Assembly: GCA_019136655.1 (NCBI GenBank)
Contig: JAGVTU010000024.1
Location: 259,553-323,552 of the forward strand
Length of the DNA: 64,000 nucleotides
DNA from: Bacteroidota bacterium
GTDB taxonomy: Bacteria > Bacteroidota > Bacteroidia > AKYH767-A > OLB10
Reading direction: 5' to 3'
In this document: positions 50,762 to 60,504 of the stretch, piece by piece
Position numbering within the stretch: the stretch's first letter is position 1
Layout: every line of letters begins with the position of its first letter
Made by a program: the position numbers and the translations under genes
The notes under the pieces: model-generated
Database searches by the model: none
The model's input: only the letters and a program-made list of their open reading frames with translations
Told to the model about the DNA's origin: nothing

Positions 50762-51949
50762 TTATTTAATTATCTCAATAACCTGACCTGCACCTACAGT
50801 ACGTCCACCTTCGCGGATAGCGAAACGGAGACCTTTGTCCATAGCAACAGGAACAATTAATTTTACTGTAATAGTTACGTTATCACCGGGCATAACCATC
50901 TCACGTCCTTCAGGCAATACAATTTCTCCTGTTACGTCAGTAGTACGTAAGTAGAACTGAGGACGATATTTGTTATGGAATGGAGTATGACGTCCACCTT
51001 CTTCTTTTTTCAACACATAGATTTCAGCTTTGAATTCAGTATGTGGAGTGATTGAACCGGGTTTTGCAACAACCATACCTCTGCGGATATCAGTTTTTTC
51101 AATACCGCGTAACAACAAACCTACGTTGTCACCTGCTTCACCACGGTCAAGGATTTTGCGGAACATCTCCACACCTGTAACTGTAGAAGTAAGTTTTTTC
51201 TCCTGCATTCCGATGATTTCAACGTTGTCGTTAGAGTTGATAACACCTCTTTCGATACGGCCTGTAGCAACAGTACCACGACCTGTGATAGAGAATACGT
51301 CCTCAACCGGCATAAGGAAAGGAAGGTCAACCTGACGTGGAGGAATTGGAATATATTCATCCACTGCATTCATCAACTGCAAGATTGAGTCAACCCACTT
51401 AGGATCTTTATTCAATCCACCTAAAGCTGAACCACGGATGATAGGTGTGTTTGCACCATCAAACTCATAGAAGCTCAAAAGTTCACGAATTTCCATTTCT
51501 ACAAGGTCAAGCAATTCAGGATCGTCAACCATATCCACTTTGTTCATGAACACAACGATTTTAGGAACACCTACCTGACGGGCAAGAAGGATGTGCTCAC
51601 GTGTCTGAGGCATAGGACCATCAGTAGAAGCTACTACCAGAATAGCACCGTCCATCTGAGCAGCACCTGTTACCATGTTTTTTACATAGTCAGCGTGACC
51701 CGGACAGTCAACGTGTGCATAGTGTCTTTTCTCCGTTTGATACTCTACGTGAGATGTGTTAATGGTAATACCACGCTCTTTTTCTTCCGGAGCATTGTCA
51801 ATTGAGTCGAATGAACGTTGTTCAGCAAAACCTTTGTCGGCCAACACGCTTGTGATAGCAGCTGTTAAGGTTGTTTTTCCGTGGTCAACGTGACCGATGG
51901 TTCCAATATTTACGTGTGGTTTGGAACGATCAAATTTTTCTTTAGCCAT
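50762..51949 (-). CDS. tuf: elongation factor Tu
   Basis: [33 protein letters not shown]…, 395 aa. Confidence 0.98.
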   Translation of the reverse strand: MAKEKFDRSKPHVNIGTIGHVDHGKTTLTAAITSVLADKGFAEQRSFDSIDNAPEEKERGITINTSHVEYQTEKRHYAHVDCPGHADYVKNMVTGAAQMDGAILVVASTDGPMPQTREHILLARQVGVPKIVVFMNKVDMVDDPELLDLVEMEIRELLSFYEFDGANTPIIRGSALGGLNKDPKWVDSILQLMNAVDEYIPIPPRQVDLPFLMPVEDVFSITGRGTVATGRIERGVINSNDNVEIIGMQEKKLTSTVTGVEMFRKILDRGEAGDNVGLLLRGIEKTDIRRGMVVAKPGSITPHTEFKAEIYVLKKEEGGRHTPFHNKYRPQFYLRTTDVTGEIVLPEGREMVMPGDNVTITVKLIVPVAMDKGLRFAIREGGRTVGAGQVIEIIK

Positions 51950-52098
51950 TTTTGAATATTAAATAAACAGGTTACTTAAATAATTGATTTGTGAGATATA
52001 ATTAAAATTAAAATTGTCAATATTTGTTATTACTGATCCTGATTTAGTGACTTTATTTTTTATTACTTCATGCAATATTTATTCTTTACCTGTCTGTG

Positions 52099-52200
52099 GA
52101 GCCGTTGAGGACAATCCCCGCCAGAACGACTTCTGTCGGGCTGGGAACTTCGACCTCTTCCGCAATATCTTTTCCAATCATCTTCCACTCAGCTACACTT
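52099..52200 (-). pseudogene. degenerate duplicate of tRNA-Thr(GGT) (tRNA remnant) between thrT and tuf
   Basis: It shares the 13-mer gagccgttgagga and the 12-mer tcgacctcttcc with the adjacent tRNA-Thr(GGT), and has a tagctgagtgg D-arm-like segment. The 5' acceptor half (CAAGTGT versus GCCGTTG) and the anticodon arm are destroyed, and about 35 extra nt sit in the T-arm region. Confidence 0.5.
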
Positions 52201-52210
52201 GATAAGAACG

Positions 52211-52282
<72 letters not shown>

Positions 52283-52312
52283 TTGACAAGTCAACACCTC
52301 AACATTTCTAAG

Positions 52313-52385
52313 AGCGGAAGACGGGGCTCGAACCCGCCACCTATAGCTTGGAAGGCTATCGCTCTACCAAATGAGCTACTTCCGC
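52313..52385 (-). tRNA. tRNA-Gly (anticodon TCC)
   Basis: GCGGAAG/CTTCCGC acceptor, anticodon loop CTTCCAA, T-loop GGTTCGAGCC. Confidence 0.9.
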
Positions 52386-52414
52386 TTGTTTTTTATTACC
52401 CATTTCAAAGGGTG

Positions 52415-52497
52415 TGGGGAGTGGTGGATTCGAACCACCGAAGTCATAAGACAACAGATTTACAGTCTGTCCCATTTGGCCACTCTGGTAACTCCCC
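52415..52497 (-). tRNA. tRNA-Tyr (anticodon GTA), long variable arm
   Basis: GGGGAGT/ACTCCCC acceptor, anticodon loop CTGTAAA, a ~13-nt variable arm, T-loop GGTTCGAATCC. Confidence 0.9.
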
Positions 52498-52560
52498 TTC
52501 AATTTAAGCATTGCTGCCAGAGGCTATCCGGCATGGTATATTGTCTGCATAAATCTGTAG

Positions 52561-52634
52561 AGCCGATGGAGGGATTCGAACCCCCGACCCACTGATTACA
52601 AATCAGTAGCTCTGGCCAACTGAGCTACATCGGC
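52561..52634 (-). tRNA. tRNA-Thr (anticodon TGT)
   Basis: GCCGATG/CATCGGC acceptor, anticodon stem ACTGA/TCAGT with loop TTTGTAA, T-loop GGTTCGAATCC. Confidence 0.9.
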
Positions 52635-53106
52635 TTTTTATTGTTTTATCCTTCTCAATGCATTTTATCGGGTATTTTCCCGAATACTTTAGAAAGTTTG
52701 CCCATACAGAATTAACCTTCCTGTCAAACTCCCTTTTCACTGAGAACTAATGATATGCTTATCTAACTAATTGAATTTCAATAAGACAATACAATTAATG
52801 CAGAAGACTTTACGCCACTAAATCACGATGTCAATGAACACACTATACCCTTCAAAAAAGGGAACGCAAAAATAGAAAACGATTTTTGATTTACAAATGG
52901 TTGAATAAAATATTTTTCAAGAATCTTATTTGCTTAATAAAAGTAGCCTTATCGTTTATAGATGAGTGCTTTAAACCTTTGATTTATCATTGATTCTTAT
53001 CCAACAAACTGACAAGTATTGCAGTTTACCGGTGCAACCGATTCATTTTTGTTTCTTAAAACCATTTATGATCATTGCCCTACCTTTGCCAAAGATTCTC
53101 CATCCA

Positions 53107-53265
53107 ATGGCTTTTACAGATAAGTTTGACAAAGAAGATTATTACCTGACACCTGAAGGCTATATTGTTTTTACCGAGAAATACCATCTTAAACGCGGTT
53201 ACTGTTGCCAGAGTGGCTGCCGCCATTGCCCCTGGAAAAAACAAGATAAGAAAGACAAGAAATAA
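53107..53265 (+). CDS. small Cys-rich protein (DUF5522-like; CCxxGCxHCPW motif) with Lys-rich tail
   Basis: 52 aa MAFTDKFDKEDYYLTPEGYIVFTEKYHLKRGYCCQSGCRHCPWKKQDKKDKK. The upstream in-frame extension to 52990 (MILIQQ…) is hydrophobic junk and was rejected. Confidence 0.5.
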   Translation: MAFTDKFDKEDYYLTPEGYIVFTEKYHLKRGYCCQSGCRHCPWKKQDKKDKK

Positions 53266-53302
53266 TTGCCTGGTTCTGCTCTAACCCCATTCAGTAAATT
53301 TT

Positions 53303-53782
53303 TTACAAATCTTTATTCGACTCTATCACTTTTTGCTTCAGACTGTCTTTGTAGGCCAACAGCGTTTTATAGAGTTTTTCGTTTTGGGTAGCCAAAATTT
53401 CTGCAGCTAAGATTCCTGCATTTTGTGCTGCATTGAGTGCTACTGTGGCCACAGGTACTCCATTTGGCATTTGCAAAATAGACAATACCGAATCCCATCC
53501 GTCAATGCTGTTGGACGATTTCACAGGCACACCTATCACAGGCAATGGCGTAAGCGATGCCACCATACCCGGCAAATGTGCTGCACCACCTGCACCTGCT
53601 ATGATTACACGATATCCTTTGTCGTAGGCAGTTTTGGCAAACTCCACCATCATTTCGGGAGTACGGTGTGCCGATACTATTTTTATATCACACTCTACCT
53701 GAAATTCGTTAAGCACTTTTGCCGCCTGTTCCATTACGACCATATCCGACTTGCTGCCCATGATGATTGCTACCTTTGACAT
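53303..53782 (-). CDS. purE: 5-(carboxyamino)imidazole ribonucleotide mutase
   Basis: 'VAIIMGSKSDM', 'SAHRTP', 'IIAGAGGAAHLPGMVA'. Confidence 0.92.
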   Translation of the reverse strand: MSKVAIIMGSKSDMVVMEQAAKVLNEFQVECDIKIVSAHRTPEMMVEFAKTAYDKGYRVIIAGAGGAAHLPGMVASLTPLPVIGVPVKSSNSIDGWDSVLSILQMPNGVPVATVALNAAQNAGILAAEILATQNEKLYKTLLAYKDSLKQKVIESNKDL

Positions 53783-53869
53783 ACTGCTGATTTTAAATCA
53801 CAAAATTACGGTTAATTGATTAATCCTTTTTAACATTAATTATATCACTCCATTCTCCATTTTTGTTGC

Positions 53870-55060
53870 ATGTTTCCCAAGTCGAAAGCTCTTGTAAAAG
53901 GCGCCTACAGCGGATTGTCAACTGAGGTATGGCTGCTGTCGCTGGTGATGCTGATAAACCGCAGTGGCACCATGGTGATTTTTTTCCTTTCGGTGTATCT
54001 GACTCAGGTATTAAATTTCACCTTGCAGCAAACCGGTGTGATGCTTGCCTGCTTTGGTGCAGGTAGTTTTACAGGAGCATTTTTAGGAGGACGCATTACC
54101 GATAAATTAGGTTATCACCCTGTGATGTTTTGGAGTTTGCTCATAGGAGGTGTTCTTTTTATGCTCATCCCCCTGCTTAAGTCGTACTTATTGCTCTGTA
54201 TTTTCTTTTTTATTCTGAGCAGTTTCAGTGAGGCTTTCCGTCCGGCAAATATGACTGCCATTGCTTTTCACAGCAAGCCTGAAAACTATACTCGTTCCAT
54301 CTCTCTCAACAGACTTGCCATCAATCTTGGTTTTTCTGTAGGTCCTGCTGTTGGCGGTATTCTTGCCACCATCAGTTATCACTACATTTTTATCGTTAAT
54401 GGCATCACATGCATCAGTGCTGCATTTATCATTTTTTTCACTCTGAAAAATAAAAGAAAGTCGCCTCCTCAAAAAACTCAGGCTACCACCAAATCGCCTT
54501 ACCGCGACAGAAAATATCTTTTCTTTCTGGTTGCATCCTATCTATATGCACTTTGCTTTTTTCAGTTTTTTCTCACCATGCCATTATATTATAAAACCAT
54601 GCAGCTTAACGAAACTCAAATTGGTTACCTGATGGCACTCAACGGTGTGATGGTGGCAGCTATTGAAATGATTATGGTTTATAAAATAGAAGGTAAAACA
54701 AGTGTTTATAATTTTATTGCATTAGGTGCTCTGCTTCTGTTAATTGCTTACTTAAGTATTCCTTTCTTAGCAGGCTTCGCTGCATTTGCCTTACTGGTTG
54801 TGATAATTTCTTTTTCCGAAATGTTTGCCATGCCGTTTATGAATACGTTTATGAACAATCAGAGTGACGACAGCAGCCGCGGACAATATGCAGCACTTTA
54901 TTCTATGTCGTGGAGCCTGGCGCAAACAACCTTGCCTGTTATGGCTACTCAAACTATTGCCGGATATGGGTTTCAGGCTTTGTGGTTCTTTATGGCTTTT
55001 ATGGCATTTGCAACAATTGTTATTATTAAAAGCATTGGCCGCAGAGCAGAACAGGTGTAG
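53870..55060 (+). CDS. MFS transporter
   Basis: 396 aa, 12 predicted TM helices, 'GRITDKLGYHP' loop 2-3 motif. Confidence 0.85.
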   Translation: MFPKSKALVKGAYSGLSTEVWLLSLVMLINRSGTMVIFFLSVYLTQVLNFTLQQTGVMLACFGAGSFTGAFLGGRITDKLGYHPVMFWSLLIGGVLFMLIPLLKSYLLLCIFFFILSSFSEAFRPANMTAIAFHSKPENYTRSISLNRLAINLGFSVGPAVGGILATISYHYIFIVNGITCISAAFIIFFTLKNKRKSPPQKTQATTKSPYRDRKYLFFLVASYLYALCFFQFFLTMPLYYKTMQLNETQIGYLMALNGVMVAAIEMIMVYKIEGKTSVYNFIALGALLLLIAYLSIPFLAGFAAFALLVVIISFSEMFAMPFMNTFMNNQSDDSSRGQYAALYSMSWSLAQTTLPVMATQTIAGYGFQALWFFMAFMAFATIVIIKSIGRRAEQV

Positions 55061-55113
55061 ATATGTTTCTTTTCAATTAAATGCTGCTTCTATTTTTTTT
55101 CAGATTATTCGTT

Positions 55114-55770
55114 TTAATCCAGAGCCCTGTTCAAAAAATCGAGCAAGGGCTTCATGGTGCTGAATGATGTGGTAACTTCTTTCATCAGTTGTTTGCCTGT
55201 GACGGTTGCATCGGTCAATGGTTTGCCCACAATGAAGCTGGTGTATTTCAACAACTCAATGTCGGGATGGTCCTTAGGATAATCGCGTGGAGCTGTTTTT
55301 AGTTTAATGTCTTCAAGAGAAGAAAATTGTTTTTTGAATTTTTTGTTATTGATGATTTTCTTAAACTCATCCGTATTGTAGTCTATTTCCTGCCTAATTT
55401 TTCGCAGGGTAGCAGCATCGGGCATGTAGCGTCCTCCTCCAATGAATGACTTGCCTGGACATATATGTATATACAATCCTGCCAGCTCTGAAGCCTTGGT
55501 GCCGGGGTTGAAATAAGCTCCAAAGTGTGTTTTATAAGGCGATTTATCTTTTGAAAAACGAACATCACGATATATTCTGAATATGCATCGTTTAGCCTCC
55601 AGGTCTTTGTAGCGTGGTTCTGTTTTTGAAAGCTGCACAATGACCTGCGAAATAAAATTTTCGTAATCGGCTTTTGCCTCCAGATATTGTGCTTTATGTG
55701 CTTCAAACCAATCGCGGTTGTTGTGGCGCGAAAGTGCTTTCAGAAATGTCAGTGTTTTTGCTTGTATCAC
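55114..55770 (-). CDS. DUF2461 (TIGR02453) family protein
   Basis: MIQAKTLTFLKALSRHNNRDWFEAHKAQYLEAK… is the canonical TIGR02453 N-terminus. Confidence 0.75.
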   Translation of the reverse strand: MIQAKTLTFLKALSRHNNRDWFEAHKAQYLEAKADYENFISQVIVQLSKTEPRYKDLEAKRCIFRIYRDVRFSKDKSPYKTHFGAYFNPGTKASELAGLYIHICPGKSFIGGGRYMPDAATLRKIRQEIDYNTDEFKKIINNKKFKKQFSSLEDIKLKTAPRDYPKDHPDIELLKYTSFIVGKPLTDATVTGKQLMKEVTTSFSTMKPLLDFLNRALD

Positions 55771-55817
55771 GTGTTGTTGAAATTGTTTTACAAGGTTCGC
55801 AATTTTGGGTTAAACCT

Positions 55818-55848
55818 AAAATGAAAAATCAGCCGCGAGGGCTGACTT
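55818..55848 (-). terminator. rho-independent terminator after the 1437-aa T9SS gene
   Basis: On the minus strand: AGTCAGCC-ctcgc-GGCTGAT followed by TTTTTCATTTT. Confidence 0.5.
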
Positions 55849-55899
55849 TTCACTGTTGTGTTAATTAATTTATTAAACTACTTACCGTAAACGGCTTCT

Positions 55900-58800
55900 T
55901 TATTTCTCAACAATGAACTTGCCATTGCCAAGAGATGTTTCTTCCACTTTAATATCGAAATAATACATTCCGTTGTTCAAAGTCATCAAAGGCAGGGTAA
56001 ATATGTTGGTGCCTAAACCTTTTAGCTGAGCAATGGATTGTGTAATCATCTTACGTCCTGTGAGGTCATACACCACTAAAACAGCATTTTCAAGATTTAC
56101 ATTTGGGTCAACGCTGATTACAATCTGCTCTTTGGCCGGTACCGGATAAACCGTTACAGGTGCAGCAGGTATATTCAGGTTTACAGCCACTTTCTCAAAT
56201 GTTTCTGATTTGCCATCATAATCGGTTTGTGTAAGACGGTAGAACGAAACACCGCGATATGGTTTTGTATCCACAAACTTATAGTTACGCTGTTCATTGG
56301 AGTTGCCGGCTGCTTTCACTGTTCCTGCTTTTTCGAAGTTGATACCATCTACACTTCTTTCTACAGTAAAGTAATCACTGTTTTCTTCTGTTGCAGTTGA
56401 CCAGTTACACACCACTTCTTTATCTTTATACGGACGTGCATCAAACATGAGCAGTTTTACAGGCAGTGGCTGCAACTCGCGCACCACAGCCCATGTATTG
56501 GTATAAGTAATATTTGGTGCCAATACTGATGTTGCGGTTGGGTTGCTTTGTCCAAGGCTGAAAGGCCACAACCAGGCTCCGGTTCCTACTGAACTTCCTG
56601 TAGGATCATACACCTGTGCGCGATAAGGTGATGCACCTGATGCTGCATTCTCTGCCGCAGTCCAGCGGAATGTCAAATCACGGTTCACACCGGTGCCTGC
56701 ATCATCTACCTGCCAGAACCTGTCAACCATATAAGGACTATTGTCAGTGGCCGGTGGTGCTATCCAGGTGTTTTGGTAAATATTGTTTACACCGGTAGGT
56801 ATAGGTGTATTATTCGGAATTGTATGATACGTTGTCACCGTAATATCAGGTGTACCTGCATTTACTGTGTAATCCATTGGCAAATAATTACCGAGTGCAT
56901 CAACAAAAGGTATTACTGCATTAAACGGATAAGACGATGGTGTTTTCATCTCCCAGTGGAAATTACCATAATTGGGAGGATTACTTTCTGCAAGCAGTCG
57001 TCCTGAAGTAACGTATAGCTGCGAAACAGCATCGGGATTACCATCAAGCAGGTTTAAAGTACGTATTGCAACCGGATTTCCGTTCAGTCTGATACGTCCC
57101 ATCAACAGATTTAATGTATCTGTCACGTTTGCATCCTGCCACAATTCTACTGTTGATCCTGCAGAGGTTTTATTAAGCGTAAAATCGTAGAATGAAGAAA
57201 CTTGTGTTCCAAGAATACGCTGCAAGCTGGCACCATAGAATGTAAAATTACTTACACCTGAAGTAAAGGTACCATTATTAGTCCAATGGCCACCCATAGA
57301 TGCCTGGAAGGTTTTATAAGGTCGTTTGAAAGTAAGTGTCAAATTCGGTCTCTGCTGTGTTGCACAGTTTGCATCTGTAGAACCGAGTGTACCATCTACG
57401 ACAAATGAAATTTGATTGCCGGGAGCTATTGGTCCTATACTTGGGTTATTTACCGTAATTACATTTCCTGCAATATTTGTAATGATAGTACCGGCAGGGA
57501 ATCGGTTTACAGGTACAGTGGCACTTACTCTCATACCCACTTTGAGGTGAGGCAATGTGCTTTGAAGCATGGTTCCAAGGGTAAATGTGGTAGTACCAAT
57601 CGGATAAGTTCCTGCAATCATTCCTCTAATGGTGGGTGAAAAATCACATGCAGCAGTAACGGCAGAACTGATTGAATAAACCTGAATGTATTTTCTGGCA
57701 CCTGTAGTAGTAGTATAATATGTACCTTGTCCACCACCGGGAGTATGGTCATAACAAATGTCTATTACCAGATTGTAATTCAAATCAACAGGAATAGGAG
57801 TTGCCAGAAGAAATTTTTGTGTCCCCATTCCTGAGATTGTTATAGACGGATTTGTATAAACTGTGATAGGTGTTGTACCCACTGCAAAATCAGCCAACTT
57901 ATGATTGGTAGTAGTAGTTCCAAAATTAACAAATGTCAGGGGTGCATAATAATACCTGATGCTATAATTGGTATAGGCATTGCTTGGCATAGTAAATGCA
58001 TTAACATCAATAAAAATAGAATCAATTAAATCTCCTGTAACCATTCCTTTGCCGGCAAGTTCAACAGCGGTGTAAAGAAACTGCGAACGCTGCTGGCGAA
58101 CAATACCATTGAACGGCTGATAACTTGGTGTTGTCTGCGTTAATGTACCATTGGACAATACTGCTTTATTCCTGTATTGTGAGTTTACAATAAGAGCAGA
58201 GTTAGCAGATTTAATATTCATACTGTCGGCCACAGTAAGGCTGCCCACATTATATACATCTACTTTTATAGAATCGTTGCCATCTATGGTTAGCACCTTG
58301 GCTGTGGCATTGGTACCTTCATAAATAACAGGCCTGTTGGGGCTGCCACCCGGGATGATGGTATTTTCAGTAATTTTTGGAGGTGTAATCGGGCACCAGT
58401 TACCGGGAGTATCCCAGTTATCATCAATGTTTCCCAGCCATATTTTCTGATATCCCGGAGGCAAGGCTGCACAGGCAGGAATAATAGAAACTACATAATC
58501 CTCAGTCTCGCCATAGGTAGCACTGTTACAGGGGTCTATATTTGAATTGGCATAAACCTCTCTTACCCTCAGATAGGTGTTTCCGGCATAGGTACCAGCA
58601 GGAACCCAAAAATTTACTGTATAAGTGCCATTGGCTAATAAATTTCCCGACTGCGCAATTCTTTCTGCCGGTGAAAACACACCATTATGGTCATAATCTA
58701 TCCAGGCAGCAATGTAGTTGGAGCTATACCATGTGCCCACTTTTAATGAAATGCTGTACATATTGCCTCGCATGAGTGTAGTTGTATAATTGGGCAGGGC

Positions 58801-60213
58801 TGCAAATTTTTCGTAATCGGGTGGGTGATTGGAGAAAGGAGCAGGACCGCCTAACCATGGAGAAATAGGTGGGCCACAACAGTTCATTCCATTATTGATG
58901 ATATTGGTAAAAGGCTCTCCAACCAAACTAACATGAGCAATATAATCGTTATCGGTATAGGAACCACCTAACCATGATGTACCTGTGGAATAATATGGAG
59001 GGTTGCCACCACAGTAGCTTACGTCAATAGGGCGGCATCCGTTTATGGTACCTGTGGAAGGAGTATAAACAACGGGAGTACCTTTTGTAGCTGTCACCGA
59101 GTTATATTCTACGTCCACACAGTTGTTGGGCACGGCAGTGTTTCTTACATCGTATGTTATCCAAAAATAGTTAGGACCGTTATGCAACCTGAATGTAGCT
59201 ACCGGTGTAAAGTAGTAATTGGTTCCGCACAATGCAGCCACAGTTGTACCAATTTGCACAGCATTGGCAATACCACTGAAAGAGGAAATTCCGCCTGTCC
59301 ACCAAAGTTTGGCATTTTGCAAATCGGTACAGGGAGCAGTGGAACCAATGGTACTGAAACTAAAACTGTTGGCAGGGAAGGTGTAATAGTTACCTGCACC
59401 TACATCATCGCCACCGTCCACATTTATCACCATACCACCTATCAGATTATTGGTGCTGTTGGGAGGTACAGTGGCCGTAGCCTGAAAAATCATATTGGTA
59501 CTTACAATGCTTTGTGCCTTAGGAAAAGTTTGAATTGAAATATCATCAATGTAGAGATTACCCCCACCGGCACCAGTATGCGCATTTGAAAAAACAAATA
59601 TGATGTGTTGCTGAGATTGTTCGGCAACAGGCAAGCCCAATATATGTGCCTGCGTGATAGTGAAGCTGTATTGATACCATCCGGCAGCAGCATTTACGGG
59701 ATAATTAGTGTAGCTACGCTCTATTCTTGAAACAAGCGGCATAAAAGGAGTTACCTGATCCACTGTCCAGTTCTTACCTGAAGAACTATTAAAAAAAACA
59801 TTTGAATTAGATGTGTAAACTGTGATACTGTCTCTGGTTCCCGGAACATAACTATCACGATAAACCCAAAACGTAACAACGGCACCTGCTGCAGGTATGT
59901 TGGTGAAATCCAGGGCACGTGTTGCAATATATCCCTTTTCAGCTATTGTCATCCAACCGCAGCGGTAACGTGCCATTCCTGCACCGGAATGTGTGGTTGC
60001 AGGTTGTCCTGCAGGATTACTTCCTGTAGTTACCCTTTCGAAATAATTCTCCAAATCGAGGGAGGGGTTAACAGCAGTTGCATTCCATCCAACTGGCGGA
60101 AACATAGTGCCATCGAAGGATTCGTTAACCATTAACTGCCCTTTGGAAACAATCGGTGCTAAAAGCAACAGCACAAGCGAAATTCGTATAAAAGGAGTAA
60201 ATAATTTTTGCAT
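55900..60213 (-). CDS. 1437-aa T9SS-secreted protein: choice-of-anchor-J/MAM-like N-domain, GEVED domain, C-terminal Por sorting domain
   Basis: Signal peptide; 'NESFDGTMFPPVGWN' (choice-of-anchor J); 'NSATYGETEDYVVSI' (GEVED); C-terminal '…VTVYPVPAKEQIVISV…GMYYFDIKVEET…KFIVEK'. Confidence 0.8.
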   Translation of the reverse strand: MQKLFTPFIRISLVLLLLAPIVSKGQLMVNESFDGTMFPPVGWNATAVNPSLDLENYFERVTTGSNPAGQPATTHSGAGMARYRCGWMTIAEKGYIATRALDFTNIPAAGAVVTFWVYRDSYVPGTRDSITVYTSNSNVFFNSSSGKNWTVDQVTPFMPLVSRIERSYTNYPVNAAAGWYQYSFTITQAHILGLPVAEQSQQHIIFVFSNAHTGAGGGNLYIDDISIQTFPKAQSIVSTNMIFQATATVPPNSTNNLIGGMVINVDGGDDVGAGNYYTFPANSFSFSTIGSTAPCTDLQNAKLWWTGGISSFSGIANAVQIGTTVAALCGTNYYFTPVATFRLHNGPNYFWITYDVRNTAVPNNCVDVEYNSVTATKGTPVVYTPSTGTINGCRPIDVSYCGGNPPYYSTGTSWLGGSYTDNDYIAHVSLVGEPFTNIINNGMNCCGPPISPWLGGPAPFSNHPPDYEKFAALPNYTTTLMRGNMYSISLKVGTWYSSNYIAAWIDYDHNGVFSPAERIAQSGNLLANGTYTVNFWVPAGTYAGNTYLRVREVYANSNIDPCNSATYGETEDYVVSIIPACAALPPGYQKIWLGNIDDNWDTPGNWCPITPPKITENTIIPGGSPNRPVIYEGTNATAKVLTIDGNDSIKVDVYNVGSLTVADSMNIKSANSALIVNSQYRNKAVLSNGTLTQTTPSYQPFNGIVRQQRSQFLYTAVELAGKGMVTGDLIDSIFIDVNAFTMPSNAYTNYSIRYYYAPLTFVNFGTTTTNHKLADFAVGTTPITVYTNPSITISGMGTQKFLLATPIPVDLNYNLVIDICYDHTPGGGQGTYYTTTTGARKYIQVYSISSAVTAACDFSPTIRGMIAGTYPIGTTTFTLGTMLQSTLPHLKVGMRVSATVPVNRFPAGTIITNIAGNVITVNNPSIGPIAPGNQISFVVDGTLGSTDANCATQQRPNLTLTFKRPYKTFQASMGGHWTNNGTFTSGVSNFTFYGASLQRILGTQVSSFYDFTLNKTSAGSTVELWQDANVTDTLNLLMGRIRLNGNPVAIRTLNLLDGNPDAVSQLYVTSGRLLAESNPPNYGNFHWEMKTPSSYPFNAVIPFVDALGNYLPMDYTVNAGTPDITVTTYHTIPNNTPIPTGVNNIYQNTWIAPPATDNSPYMVDRFWQVDDAGTGVNRDLTFRWTAAENAASGASPYRAQVYDPTGSSVGTGAWLWPFSLGQSNPTATSVLAPNITYTNTWAVVRELQPLPVKLLMFDARPYKDKEVVCNWSTATEENSDYFTVERSVDGINFEKAGTVKAAGNSNEQRNYKFVDTKPYRGVSFYRLTQTDYDGKSETFEKVAVNLNIPAAPVTVYPVPAKEQIVISVDPNVNLENAVLVVYDLTGRKMITQSIAQLKGLGTNIFTLPLMTLNNGMYYFDIKVEETSLGNGKFIVEK

Positions 60214-60479
60214 GATTATTTAATTTTAATGTTGGTTTCAATTTTAAAGCCCAAATATACATCGTTGCAAGGAATTAACCAATAGTTGCAGTTAATTTTT
60301 ATTGCTGTAAAATATATTTGGTACAACTTCATTCTATAAACTGTTTTTCGCTCTGCACTAATTCGCTGACGGATGTTAAAAAAACCTGTGTGTAGTTAAA
60401 CTTCTACTCCGTATTTTTCTGCATCCCTCACATTTAAACGGTGGTTTTATTTTCTGTTCGCGGTTAAGGGGCTAAAATG

Positions 60480-60487
60480 TATTTTTG
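60480..60487 (+). promoter_or_regulatory. candidate -7 box (TATTTTTG) upstream of serS
   Basis: TAnnTTTG 18 nt upstream of the ATG at 60505. Confidence 0.35.
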
Positions 60488-60504
60488 GGGTTTCAATAAA
60501 TGTT

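Noticed and set aside
52099-52200. Possibility that the tRNA-Thr-like segment is a functional tRNA carrying an intron
   Set aside because: The 5' acceptor strand does not pair with the 3' strand (CAAGTGT versus CAACGGC). The anticodon stem is gone. The inserted ~35 nt is far too short for a group I intron.
52990-53106. In-frame N-terminal extension of the Cys-rich miniprotein ORF
   Set aside because: The extension (MILIQQTDKYCSLPVQPIHFCFLKPFMIIALPLPKILHP) has no features of a signal peptide or conserved domain. The conserved-looking domain starts at MAFTDKF.
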